Position numbers and translations under genes: made by a program
Source: an uncultured archaeon
GTDB taxonomy: Archaea > Asgardarchaeota > Jordiarchaeia > Jordiarchaeales > Jordiarchaeaceae
Direction of reading: 5' to 3'
Length of the DNA stretch: 32,000 bases
Assembly: GCA_964510585.1 (NCBI GenBank)
Contig: CAZECW010000173.1
Location: 30,001 to 62,000 of the forward strand
The notes under the pieces: generated by a model
The model's input: the letters and a program-made list of their open reading frames with translations, nothing else
Told to the model about the DNA's origin: nothing
Database searches by the model: none
In this document: positions 1-9,166 of the stretch, in pieces
How positions within the stretch are numbered: the first letter of the stretch is position 1
How the letters are laid out: the number at the start of each line of letters is the position of its first letter

Positions 1-548
1 AGCTTGATTTTTGTGAGAGGGAGTGATTTTGATTCTTTAATTTTGGAATGAATGTGAGTTTTTCTTTAGTTTAATATTGTTCTTTTCTTATTTATACTTT
101 TCTAATAGTTAATTTTTGCTAGATAGCCGTTTATTTTTTATTTCTTAGTGAATTATTTCTTATTTAAAAATTAGTATTTTTGGTAATAAATTTTTTCTTT
201 TTTCAATGATTTTGGTTGCAAAATGATTATTTTTTAGGAAATGAATTCGAGGTGATAGTAATTATTGATAACTTCCACTGTTATGTGGATCGAATAAATC
301 GCACCAATTTTAATTAGTGCGGGACTACAAATATGAGTTCTTGTGGTATTTAAGCTACTCCTGCTTAAAAGCCGGCCTGAGATGCTCGGAGGATTGGATA
401 AAGGAGCCTTTTAGAGATGAGGGTATCGAACTTAAGAATTATCTACTGAACTCTAAGAATTTGAATGATTTATTTGGTTCGTGTGGGGGATTTCCTAGAA
501 GTTTGAGGGGGGCCTAAGGTTATGTGGGGTGGTGTGGGGTTAGGATGG

Positions 549-1778
549 TTAGCTTATTTTGAAGCTGTTTTTGATTAGTTTTAATGCTTTTTCTCCGTCT
601 TTGGAGTGTACTAGAACTTTTATGCTGCTGGCTGTGGGGAGGAGGCTGTAAATATTGATTCCTTCCTTTGTTAAGGGTAATGTTATTTTGGATATTATTC
701 CAGGGATTTTCACGAAATCTTGTCCTTTTAGGAATATTAGGTTTAGGTTATCGTAGCATGTTGCTGATTTTCCTATGCCTCTCTTGCTTATTAACTCGTG
801 TACCACGTTGAATGGTTTAAGCTGGGGATTGTCGACGACTAGGAGCATTATGCACCATGATTCTAGTGTTGCGCCCAATACTTCGATTTTTTGTTTGTGA
901 AGGTCTTCAAAAAATTGAGATAGTAGTTTTGGTTCAGTTACGTTATCTCCTATTATTGTGATTAGTTGAACCGGTTTTTCCATTATTGATATTTCTAGTT
1001 CTGGTTGACTCTTGCCCGTTATCGTTGTGCCTTCGTCGGTGATTTTTCCATTGTTTATACCTACGATACGAATCACTGAGTCGTCAGATTTGTACGCGAG
1101 GGCTTTCGACTGGATTACTTTGGCTCCCGAGGAGGATAAAATTTGGGTTTCCAGTGTGTCTAGAGCCTTAACGGTGTTTGCTTTCTCAACCTTTTTGGGG
1201 TCACCTGATTTTATGCCCGGAACATCTTTGACCAGTATTACTGAATTGGTGTTGAGGCATTTTCCTAGCAGCACTGCAGTTAAATCGCTGCCCCCTCGGC
1301 CCAGGGTTGTAATCTGACCTTTTCGATTCTTTCCTAAGAATCCACAGATTATGGGTATCCTGTTTTCTTCCAGTAGGGGGATCAACTTATTTTTTACAGC
1401 TTCCTTTGTGAGTTCCAAGTCGGGATTTGCGTTTCCGTAGTTATCATCAGTAAATATTGGCCACAACTCACTTTCTGGGTCTACTAGAACGGCGTCAACT
1501 CCTAGGGCTTTAAGCGCTATACACATGAGGCGGGCGCTTGTTCTTTCACCCATTGATAGTAAGTTGTCTAGATCGCTGGAAGCACTGGAGTTACAACCCA
1601 GCAGTTGAGCCATTTTAATTAGTTCGTCAGTTTGGCCTTTTAGAGCAGACACCACAACTACTATTCTCTTTTTAGTCTGACTTTCGTTTTTTATTAGCTC
1701 TGCAACTTTTTTAATACTAGAGACACTGTCTAGGACAGAGCCGCCGAATTTGTATACTACTGTTTCAACTTTCTCCAT
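549..1778 (-). CDS. lysC: Aspartate kinase with C-terminal ACT domains
   Basis: N-terminal YKFGGSV, VVVVSAL, MGERTSA, GFLG...ITTLGRGGSDLTA and KDVPGI..GDPK are aspartokinase motifs; two ACT-like regions follow. Confidence 0.93.
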   Translation of the reverse strand: MEKVETVVYKFGGSVLDSVSSIKKVAELIKNESQTKKRIVVVVSALKGQTDELIKMAQLLGCNSSASSDLDNLLSMGERTSARLMCIALKALGVDAVLVDPESELWPIFTDDNYGNANPDLELTKEAVKNKLIPLLEENRIPIICGFLGKNRKGQITTLGRGGSDLTAVLLGKCLNTNSVILVKDVPGIKSGDPKKVEKANTVKALDTLETQILSSSGAKVIQSKALAYKSDDSVIRIVGINNGKITDEGTTITGKSQPELEISIMEKPVQLITIIGDNVTEPKLLSQFFEDLHKQKIEVLGATLESWCIMLLVVDNPQLKPFNVVHELISKRGIGKSATCYDNLNLIFLKGQDFVKIPGIISKITLPLTKEGINIYSLLPTASSIKVLVHSKDGEKALKLIKNSFKIS

Positions 1779-1861
1779 TGTAAATTACTCCAGAAAAATT
1801 TTTGTTTAGAAAAAGTTGGTCAAGTTGGGATGTGGATTTTTTAAAAAAGAAGGTTGCTATT

Positions 1862-1897
1862 TTAGTTATGCAGGAAAAAATAATCCATCCACATCAC
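1862..1897 (-). CDS. Putative 11-aa leader peptide (MMWMDYFFLHN) upstream of aspartokinase
   Basis: GTG start 6 nt after GCGGTGA (SD-like, 1902-1908) and TAA at 1864-1862; lies 83 nt upstream of the lysC start. Confidence 0.35.
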   Translation of the reverse strand: MMWMDYFFLHN

Positions 1898-2201
1898 GTT
1901 TTCACCGCTTCTTTCCGTTACGCAGATATAATTTAAAAATTTTTCGTATTTAATCGCTTAACTTATATACCAAAAAAATTTTAATTATAAATATCCCGTT
2001 TGATATAGATTTTTCAACTTCGGTACCAAGTTTTTAACCTGTTTAACTTCTCCGTAGTTTTTGGGGAATTTTGGGGGTTCAATTGTAATATTGAGGTATT
2101 TTTTGTGTGTTACATACCTTTTTTATATTTTAAGTACACCTTTTCCAGTAGAAATTGACCAGTACTACTAAAATAAATATTTGATTAAAGGAGAAAGGAA
2201 A

Positions 2202-2951
2202 ATGTCAAAAAGTGACAACGAAGGAGTAAAGAAAAACGGCGAATTCGTAAAAATGAGAGGCATAGGAATCCCAGTGAGACTATACAAACTACAAAACCCC
2301 AAGCTCGATGGAGACGAGGTCCTAAAACTCATGAAAAAACACCTCTGGGGCGACGGAGCAGAAGAAGGCTTCCTTAAACCCCGCAAACTCAACGGCGAAG
2401 TCCAAGCCGAGTACGTGGTGTCATATCCCACCCACTATTACAAATTGGACAAAGAGGGAAGAATAGTACCCTTCTCAGTTATGGCTCAAGACAAAGGAGA
2501 AATACACGTACGCTACAATACCGGGGTAATTGAGCTACGAGGAAGCTATCTTGCAGCTAAGAGAAGCGTGGCAAAAACAATTGAAATCACCGGAGTCAAA
2601 GCAGACCCAATGACTCTAAGCGATGAGGCGATGGATAAACTGATGAGAAAGGCAAAGGAGGTTTCAACTGTAACCATCTCGAATCTGGAAAACCCCTACC
2701 TGAACTCTCTAGAAATCAGAGGCGAAGCCATTAAGCGCGCCCCTGAGATCCTAATATTTAGAAAAAGACAACGTGGGAGAATTCAGACCCTCCGGGGAAC
2801 CTACTCCCTGCCTTCAGGACAGATGCTAACTTGCTTCTTTAATTCCAAGGGCTCATTTATAATCTATAGGAAAGGGGAAGGAATATACGCAGATGATCTT
2901 GAACATCTGGTCAGCTATCTAGAAAGCCTTACTATGAGCGAAGCACAATAA
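2202..2951 (+). CDS. Hypothetical soluble alpha/beta protein (~249 aa)
   Basis: Long ORF with protein-like composition; ATG 2202 follows purine-rich AAGGAGAAAGGAA (ORF track starts at TTG 2181). No family recognised. Confidence 0.75.
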   Translation: MSKSDNEGVKKNGEFVKMRGIGIPVRLYKLQNPKLDGDEVLKLMKKHLWGDGAEEGFLKPRKLNGEVQAEYVVSYPTHYYKLDKEGRIVPFSVMAQDKGEIHVRYNTGVIELRGSYLAAKRSVAKTIEITGVKADPMTLSDEAMDKLMRKAKEVSTVTISNLENPYLNSLEIRGEAIKRAPEILIFRKRQRGRIQTLRGTYSLPSGQMLTCFFNSKGSFIIYRKGEGIYADDLEHLVSYLESLTMSEAQ

Positions 2952-2993
2952 AGCCCCCTCCACCGCGGCCACCCCCGTCCGACCTCTCTCCTA

Positions 2994-2999
2994 TTTTTT
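2994..2999 (+). terminator. Oligo(T) archaeal-type terminator candidate
   Basis: T6 about 40 nt after the 2951 stop, preceded by a C-rich tract; further T-runs at ~3015 and ~3056. Confidence 0.35.
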
Positions 3000-3176
3000 A
3001 CCATCAAAAACAGTTTTTATTCTAACTCAACAATGTAAAATTTGTCTCCTAGCCTTTTTTTTCTTGACCTTCCTCATTTTAAAAGTGTGTAGTTTTTCCA
3101 TAGATCTAAGCCGTTTTGAAGAGCGGAAAATAGCCTAGTTCAGCGTTGTTAGAGTAATTTCAGGCACTTTTGGGAG

Positions 3177-3758
3177 TCAAGTTGAGGTAATTCCTTTAAT
3201 TTTGTTAATTATTTCTTGGGCTGTTCTGTTTACCTCTCCCTCGTTTTGGATACGAATCACATTTAGATTGAATTTTTTGAATACTTTTTCGTAGCCCTCT
3301 AATACCTTTCCAATATAGGTTCTATCAGTTTCGTTCCACTCTTTGGGATGTTGTTCTTTTCTGTTCATAATTCTCTGTACTATTTTCTCGGGGCTCCCCT
3401 CCAGATAGAAGATTGTGTTTTCTTCCCATTTAATTGCCCTATATAGGTTTTCTATTGTTTGGTAATCTTCTTCGGTGCATAGGGCGTAGGAGTAGCTGAG
3501 TAGACATAATGGGCTTCTGTCGCAGAAAATGATGCCTTCGCTGAGGTCTCGAATTTTTTCGTTTCTCTTTATCATCTGCTCCAGGAACCATAATTCTGCC
3601 CGGAAGGCGATTTGCTTATCTTGGGATCCAAATGGGTATCTGGGGGAATTTATGTGATCTGGAAAAAAAATCCAATTTCTGCATCTATTTTTTATTATCT
3701 CAAAAATTGTAGTTTTTCCAGATCCATGCACACCTGCCAGTGTGAAAACGTACTTCAT
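3177..3758 (-). CDS. P-loop deoxynucleoside / nucleotide monophosphate kinase family protein
   Basis: Walker A GVHGSGKTT at the N-terminus, CDRSP (DRS motif) and a lid-like RIMNR segment. Confidence 0.75.
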   Translation of the reverse strand: MKYVFTLAGVHGSGKTTIFEIIKNRCRNWIFFPDHINSPRYPFGSQDKQIAFRAELWFLEQMIKRNEKIRDLSEGIIFCDRSPLCLLSYSYALCTEEDYQTIENLYRAIKWEENTIFYLEGSPEKIVQRIMNRKEQHPKEWNETDRTYIGKVLEGYEKVFKKFNLNVIRIQNEGEVNRTAQEIINKIKGITST

Positions 3759-4039
3759 TAAGGGACGCCTCGTTTTTTTCCTCCGCTTTTTACAATAAAA
3801 ACCTCTCTCTTATATGGTTGAGTAACTCGAGGGTATCTCCAATTAATTTAGAAATTCAAACCTTTAACAAAGTAATGATTCTTAAGAGTGTTTATTTTTT
3901 GTTAGCATTTTTTAGAGTTGTTATTTTTTTAAACATCATATAATATTTAAGGCAAAAGTTATGAAGGTATAGTCAAATATTTTGATTATTGCGAATGTCT
4001 CTAGAGACTCAAATTTGGTTTCTGAGTAGTGGTGATGTT

Positions 4040-5035
4040 ATGGTTAAGGAGTTGGGTGTTGCATATTATGGTTTCCATTTTCCTGATAGGGCTGAGGAAG
4101 ATTTTTTGGAGATAATGGAGCATAATTGTAACGCAGTTTTGTTGGCTGTGAGTGAATATGATTATCAGGTTTGGTACTCTAATGTGGTTACAATTGCGCA
4201 GAAGGCTAAAGAATTGGGATTAAAGGTTTATGTCAACCTCTGGGCCTTTGGAAAAGTTTTTGGTGGGGAGGCGCCCTCAGTTTTCCTGCAAGACAATGTG
4301 AATTACCGCCAAGTGCTTAGCAAGGAGCTTCCATTTCCCCTTGTTGGCGCCTGTTTTAACACAGAGGGGTTTAGAAAGTACTTTTTCGATGCTGTTTCAA
4401 AGCTGGCTGGCGAGAAAGTTTTTGACGGATTCTTCTGGGACGAACCACATTACATTATCACGGGTTCTAGGGAAATCTATAGTTGTGTCTGCCCTAGGTG
4501 CCGGGAGCTTTTTAGAGAGAAATACGGTTACGACATGCCGCCGAAAGCTAATGAGGATGTTTTCGAATTCAAAGAGAACTCTATTCTGGACTTCCTGAGA
4601 CAAGCCTCTAAACTGGTGAAGAAAGTGGATTCCAAAAAATCTGTTACAGTTTGTCTTATGCCCTTCTACACTGCTGAAGAACAGGGTTTAAGCTGGGAAA
4701 AAGTTTGCTCCATTAAGGAAATAGATGTTTTCGGAACTGACCCATATTGGAGTATTGCGCGGAAAGACATGGATTTCGTGTCTCAAGCCTCCAAGGAAAC
4801 AGTTAAGATCGCAAAGAAGTACGGTAAAAGATCCCAGCTCTGGATTCAAGGATTCCTAATCCCCGCAGGAAAAGAAGAAGAAGTGAGAGAAGCAGGAAGA
4901 ATAATCGGAAACACCGATGTAGATTCAGTTTTCACATGGGCATATAGAGCCTGCGAGGGAAGCATGGTGCAATCTGAAAACCCCAAAAAAGTATGGTCCA
5001 TAATAAAAGAAGTTTACGCAGAACTAAAAGAATAA
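4040..5035 (+). CDS. Glycoside-hydrolase-like TIM-barrel protein (GH42-like N-terminal region)
   Basis: DGFFWDEP strand with putative acid/base Glu, CVCPRC Zn motif as in GH42 beta-galactosidases, and GTDPYW. ATG 4040 follows GGTGA (ORF track starts at 3989). No signal peptide seen. Confidence 0.6.
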   Translation: MVKELGVAYYGFHFPDRAEEDFLEIMEHNCNAVLLAVSEYDYQVWYSNVVTIAQKAKELGLKVYVNLWAFGKVFGGEAPSVFLQDNVNYRQVLSKELPFPLVGACFNTEGFRKYFFDAVSKLAGEKVFDGFFWDEPHYIITGSREIYSCVCPRCRELFREKYGYDMPPKANEDVFEFKENSILDFLRQASKLVKKVDSKKSVTVCLMPFYTAEEQGLSWEKVCSIKEIDVFGTDPYWSIARKDMDFVSQASKETVKIAKKYGKRSQLWIQGFLIPAGKEEEVREAGRIIGNTDVDSVFTWAYRACEGSMVQSENPKKVWSIIKEVYAELKE

Positions 5036-5149
5036 AACCCCATCTACTTCTTTAGAAGTATAACCCAAAACAAGAAATAATACATTAACTCCATCCCCGA
5101 CGGAAAAACATTCTTCAGAACCACTATAAAAGATAGTTATCTTACGCTT

Positions 5150-5650
5150 TCAACGAGTGTGGCTTTCCTTATTCCCAAATAATTTTTTGATGGGTTTTTC
5201 TACTAGTTTTGAGAGTTTAAAAATTTCAAAAAGCCCATCTAGCTTATCCGCAAACCACACAATGAAGGATTCTCTAGTCCTAGGAACACCACCTATTGGG
5301 AACATGTGAGTCCTTATTGCTTCAACAACCCTTGAGTCCTCCCCCATTTTTTGCACTATGACTACGCCTTTTCTAGCATGCCCAAAGATTTGCTGTAGGG
5401 GTTTATGCACTTTCTGACAATCATAACCCACATCATGCAAAATGCCCGCCCTAGCACAAACCTTCAAATCCCCACCCAAAAGCTTACAGAGAAGAAAGCT
5501 TAAGTAACCCACCCTAAGGCAATGGTCACGCCTACCACTTTTCTTGCCAAGAGAAAATTCATGAGAAGGATAACCTTCCAACTTCTTCAAATATTCAGAA
5601 TTCAGAAGATCTCCTACCACTCTTTCAAAAATCAAAGTAAAACTCTCCAA
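5150..5650 (-). CDS. HD-domain metal-dependent phosphohydrolase
   Basis: H (RDHCLRV), HD (GILHDVG), H (FGHA), H (IRTHMFP) and D (FADKLD) in HD-domain order. Confidence 0.85.
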   Translation of the reverse strand: MESFTLIFERVVGDLLNSEYLKKLEGYPSHEFSLGKKSGRRDHCLRVGYLSFLLCKLLGGDLKVCARAGILHDVGYDCQKVHKPLQQIFGHARKGVVIVQKMGEDSRVVEAIRTHMFPIGGVPRTRESFIVWFADKLDGLFEIFKLSKLVEKPIKKLFGNKESHTR

Positions 5651-5758
5651 AAATTTTTGAGAACCGAATAAAAAACATTACCGTAGCTCATATATAATAT
5701 TAGTCGGGTGTTAGAATATACTTTTCTTGAAGTTTTAACAATAAACTAAAAAGGGGGT

Positions 5759-7678
5759 TTAGAAACCCTCGGGAGGATGCGGTGGAAGGCCCAGATCCCA
5801 ATCAATCCCAAAATATTCTGGTGGAGGCGGAGCCTCAGGTTCTCTACGCTTAGCCCAAGCAAGGGCAACCAGTCCAATAATGGTAATCGCTGCAACTCCA
5901 AAAATGCTACCCACAGCTAAAAGATTCTCTGTTTGACTCCTACCATAAAATGTGGGCAACAAATAAACCCAAAGAGGCGTAGTCTCCGGTATAAACAAGG
6001 GGATAATGAACAGCACAGCTCCACTACTATTCACAAATGTGAGATTCCCCACAAACTCGCTGAGAGGGACACCAGAAGGGGCGAGAAAACTAATTTCCAC
6101 AAAAAATTGGGTATCGTTCAAACTGTAATTGGTGGAGGGTACTGTTGTAAATATGCTTGCATTGCCGCTAACACTGAATGTTGCATTAATTATGGGGTTT
6201 TGAGTGATGTTTCCCACAACAATGGTTAAATTGAGAATTGTGGGGTATACTTCGTTAATCGTCATTGGCTCACTAATAGCCCTAATTGGAGTAATAATAA
6301 GAGGTATTGTATCATTAGATTCATCTATGTAGTAATCATGTAAATATTCGTATGCCCTAGAAATATTTATCAGCCCAGCTCCCTGTGAAAATGGGTTCAA
6401 TCCCAGATCCTTGGCAGTCATCATAAGCGCCGCCTTAATGGTGTTTGGAGAAACCCAAGACACACTGGAGTTAGAATCAAGCAACAAAGCTATCGCGCCA
6501 GAAACCACAGGAGTAGAAGCACTAGTCCCACTAAAATATGGGGTAGTAATACCATCTTTTGAAAGAGTGATTAGAGATTCCCCCGGCGCTACTATGTCGG
6601 GTTTCGCTCTTTTGTCATCTGTTGGCCCCCTACTTGAAAAGGAAGAAATAGAAGTATATGAATAACCGCCTGCTGAGCCAACAGTTATAATTTGGGCTGC
6701 CAGCCCCGGAGAATTTATGGTTTCATAATAGGTGTTCCAAAAATCTCCACCCTCATTGCCAGCAGCCGCAACTACAATCACATTACTTTCCCAGGCTTTA
6801 TTAACAGCATCACACATAGCATCGTTGGAACTGCCTGTCGTGCTACCCAAAGATAACGATATAATGTTCGCCTTAGGGTGCTCCGTATTATTTAACGCTT
6901 CATCTATTGCTTGTATTAACCAATTGTCTTCTCCCTCTCCATTTTTGTCCAATACTTTTAAATTTAGGAAAGTTACATTTGGCGCAACGCCCATAGCAGT
7001 CCCTCCTGATGCTCCGATTATTCCTGCTACGGCTGTTCCATGCCCATTTAAGTCTGTATAGTTTTCTCTGGGCACAAAGCTCTTATTATATACTATTCGG
7101 CTTCCGTCTAGGTAGATGTGGGGGTTGATTCCAGTATCTAGGACTGCAACGACGACTCCTGTTCCACTCAAGTTATATAGTTTTTGGAGTGTGGTGGCTC
7201 CTATTGCATCATTTACGTTGGTGTCTTTTGTGTGGATTTCGTTTGCTGTTATTTGGTGGTCGGCTAGTTTTATTTTTCCGTTGTGGGATATGGATTTTAT
7301 GTAGTTTTGTTGGGCGATGGTTTCAGCCATTTTTATTGGTGCCTTTATGCAGGCGCCGTTGAGTATGGTGTAGTTTGATATGATTTCGAAGTCTCCCAAG
7401 CTTTTGAGTAGGTTTATTCCTTGGGTGTGGTTGATTGCTTCTTCGAAAAAGATTATCATTTCACACTGTGATGTGGGGTCTGAGGTTTGTAGTAGTTGTT
7501 GGAGGGATTTTCCTATTTTTGAGTTTTGGGTGGTTGTGTTGTTTTGTTGTATAGGCGTTGTTAGTGTGTTTTGAGTTAGGGGCTGTTGGTTTAATGTGAG
7601 GAACACGGTGGTCGTGAAGATTAGCGTTATTAATACTAGCAGAGTGAGTTTTTTTGTTGCTTTCCTGGACTTTTTCAT
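5759..7678 (-). CDS. Membrane-anchored S8 subtilisin-like serine protease
   Basis: N-terminal signal/TM segment, I9-like propeptide, catalytic D (VLDTG), H (NGHGT) and S (SGTSAS), oxyanion N (AAGNE), C-terminal TM helix, Pro-rich tail and ~20 NxS/T sequons. Confidence 0.93.
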   Translation of the reverse strand: MKKSRKATKKLTLLVLITLIFTTTVFLTLNQQPLTQNTLTTPIQQNNTTTQNSKIGKSLQQLLQTSDPTSQCEMIIFFEEAINHTQGINLLKSLGDFEIISNYTILNGACIKAPIKMAETIAQQNYIKSISHNGKIKLADHQITANEIHTKDTNVNDAIGATTLQKLYNLSGTGVVVAVLDTGINPHIYLDGSRIVYNKSFVPRENYTDLNGHGTAVAGIIGASGGTAMGVAPNVTFLNLKVLDKNGEGEDNWLIQAIDEALNNTEHPKANIISLSLGSTTGSSNDAMCDAVNKAWESNVIVVAAAGNEGGDFWNTYYETINSPGLAAQIITVGSAGGYSYTSISSFSSRGPTDDKRAKPDIVAPGESLITLSKDGITTPYFSGTSASTPVVSGAIALLLDSNSSVSWVSPNTIKAALMMTAKDLGLNPFSQGAGLINISRAYEYLHDYYIDESNDTIPLIITPIRAISEPMTINEVYPTILNLTIVVGNITQNPIINATFSVSGNASIFTTVPSTNYSLNDTQFFVEISFLAPSGVPLSEFVGNLTFVNSSGAVLFIIPLFIPETTPLWVYLLPTFYGRSQTENLLAVGSIFGVAAITIIGLVALAWAKRREPEAPPPPEYFGIDWDLGLPPHPPEGF

Positions 7679-8155
7679 TATGTTGCTTCCCTTCAGTGTA
7701 GTGTGGTTGCCTTAAAAACTAGTTGGGATAATTGTGCTTTCCTGTTTGTGTATTATTCTTTAAGGCAGTATTATAATATATTTGTGTCGATGTCTGCAAA
7801 CTTGTTCGATTTTCTAGGATTAAAAATTCTTTTTATGTTTTGTTCAGGTTATGATTTCTGGTTTTGGATAGAGGAAATGAGGGTGTAAATGTTACCCATT
7901 ACAGAAACACGAGGTCATCGCTAGCCTTATACTCGCTGTGCACTATTATAATGGGTACCCTCAAAAAATATCTGGCAAAATGTATTGAAATATGTTTTGG
8001 TGGGATTAAATTTTTGGGTTGTTACACCTTTCTGGGAGGGTTTTAGGTTCATGAGTTTTCTTTTTTTGGAAAGCTCCCATAAACGTAAGGTTGGTGTAGT
8101 TGGACTTAAAATTAATGAGGCGTGTTATTTAGGGTTTTGTTAATTTATGTCTTTT

Positions 8156-9166
8156 TTAATTGGTTTCTGACTTTTCTATGAGGGCGAGGATTTCTTTCAC
8201 TTCTTTCTCCAGTTCTTTAGTGTCTGTGGCGTTCTTTGTGCGTGCTTTTTTGGTGAGTTGCTCTGCTTCCTTTAACCATTTTGGGGTTTTGTTTTCTGCT
8301 TTTTCTTTGCAGATGTGGTAGTTTAGTTTTGCGTAGAGGGCGCTGACTGGGCTTCCGATGCGGTTTAGTATTTCTGAGGTTTTAAGATGGTTTTTTGCTG
8401 CGATTTCCCATTTTTCCTGTTGTTCGGCGCTCCTTGCGGATGCTGTGTATGCGTAGTATTCTGCAATGAGGGCTTTCTCTTCTTGGCCTGTGAGTCTTAG
8501 GAGTTGGGCTATTTCCATCTGGTGTTTGGAGACTTTTTCCCAGTTTTCTCTATTTCCTTCGTGGAGCACTAATAATTCGTGGGCTCTTATTAATGTGGCT
8601 TCTTTGTTTTGAAATCCAGTTTTTGCAAGGATTTCGGCTATTTGGAAGTAGAGTTCGGATGCTTTTTGGAATTCTTGTTTTGAGTAAAAAATTTCTGCTT
8701 GGATTTGGAGTCTTTTCTTTTTAGCGGTGAGCGACGCCTTTTTTCCTAGTTTTTCCAGTGTTTCTTCAGCTTCACGGTATGCTGTGATTGCTCTATCAAA
8801 ATCTCCTACTAGTAGATTGTCCTCAGCCTCTCTGAGTTTGCCGAGTGCTTGGGTTATTTCAGAGAGTTTATCTTTTTTTAAATCACTGAAGATTTGAGCA
8901 GCCTTTTTCCAGTAGATGATTTCTTGGGGCGGAAAAGTGGCGGTTTCCCCTAAAGCTCTCCGCATTCTTAGATGATGCATCCAAGAGTTTACAGCTTGTC
9001 GTATTAAGGAAAAGGCGTCCTTTTCCTCTTGATTAGTGGTTTTCTCAATTATTTTTTTTATGAACCAGATGGAGTCTTCGATGATGCTTAACCCCAATTC
9101 TCCTATCTCGAATACTTGAAGTAGTAAGTCGAAAAGTCTGTCAATGTAGGGTTCATAATCACCCAA
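8156..9166 (-). CDS. Alpha-helical repeat (TPR/SNAP-like) protein
   Basis: Four ~43-44 aa repeats: DFDRAITAYREAEETLEKLG, EFQKASELYFQIAEILAKTG, NWEKVSKHQMEIAQLLRLTG, KWEIAAKNHLKTSEILNRIG. AGGTGA SD upstream of the TTG start. Confidence 0.7.
   Translation of the reverse strand: MGDYEPYIDRLFDLLLQVFEIGELGLSIIEDSIWFIKKIIEKTTNQEEKDAFSLIRQAVNSWMHHLRMRRALGETATFPPQEIIYWKKAAQIFSDLKKDKLSEITQALGKLREAEDNLLVGDFDRAITAYREAEETLEKLGKKASLTAKKKRLQIQAEIFYSKQEFQKASELYFQIAEILAKTGFQNKEATLIRAHELLVLHEGNRENWEKVSKHQMEIAQLLRLTGQEEKALIAEYYAYTASARSAEQQEKWEIAAKNHLKTSEILNRIGSPVSALYAKLNYHICKEKAENKTPKWLKEAEQLTKKARTKNATDTKELEKEVKEILALIEKSETN

Noticed and set aside
317-517. 66-aa ORF on + (plus a GAGGTGA SD at ~250 with short broken frames)
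   Set aside because: No recognisable motif, no SD at its start, and it runs into the G-tracts; possibly a decayed gene but unsupported.
7889-7924. SD-led micro-ORF MLPITETRGHR on +
   Set aside because: 11 codons, no downstream gene on that strand and no informative composition; kept only as part of the hairpin observation.
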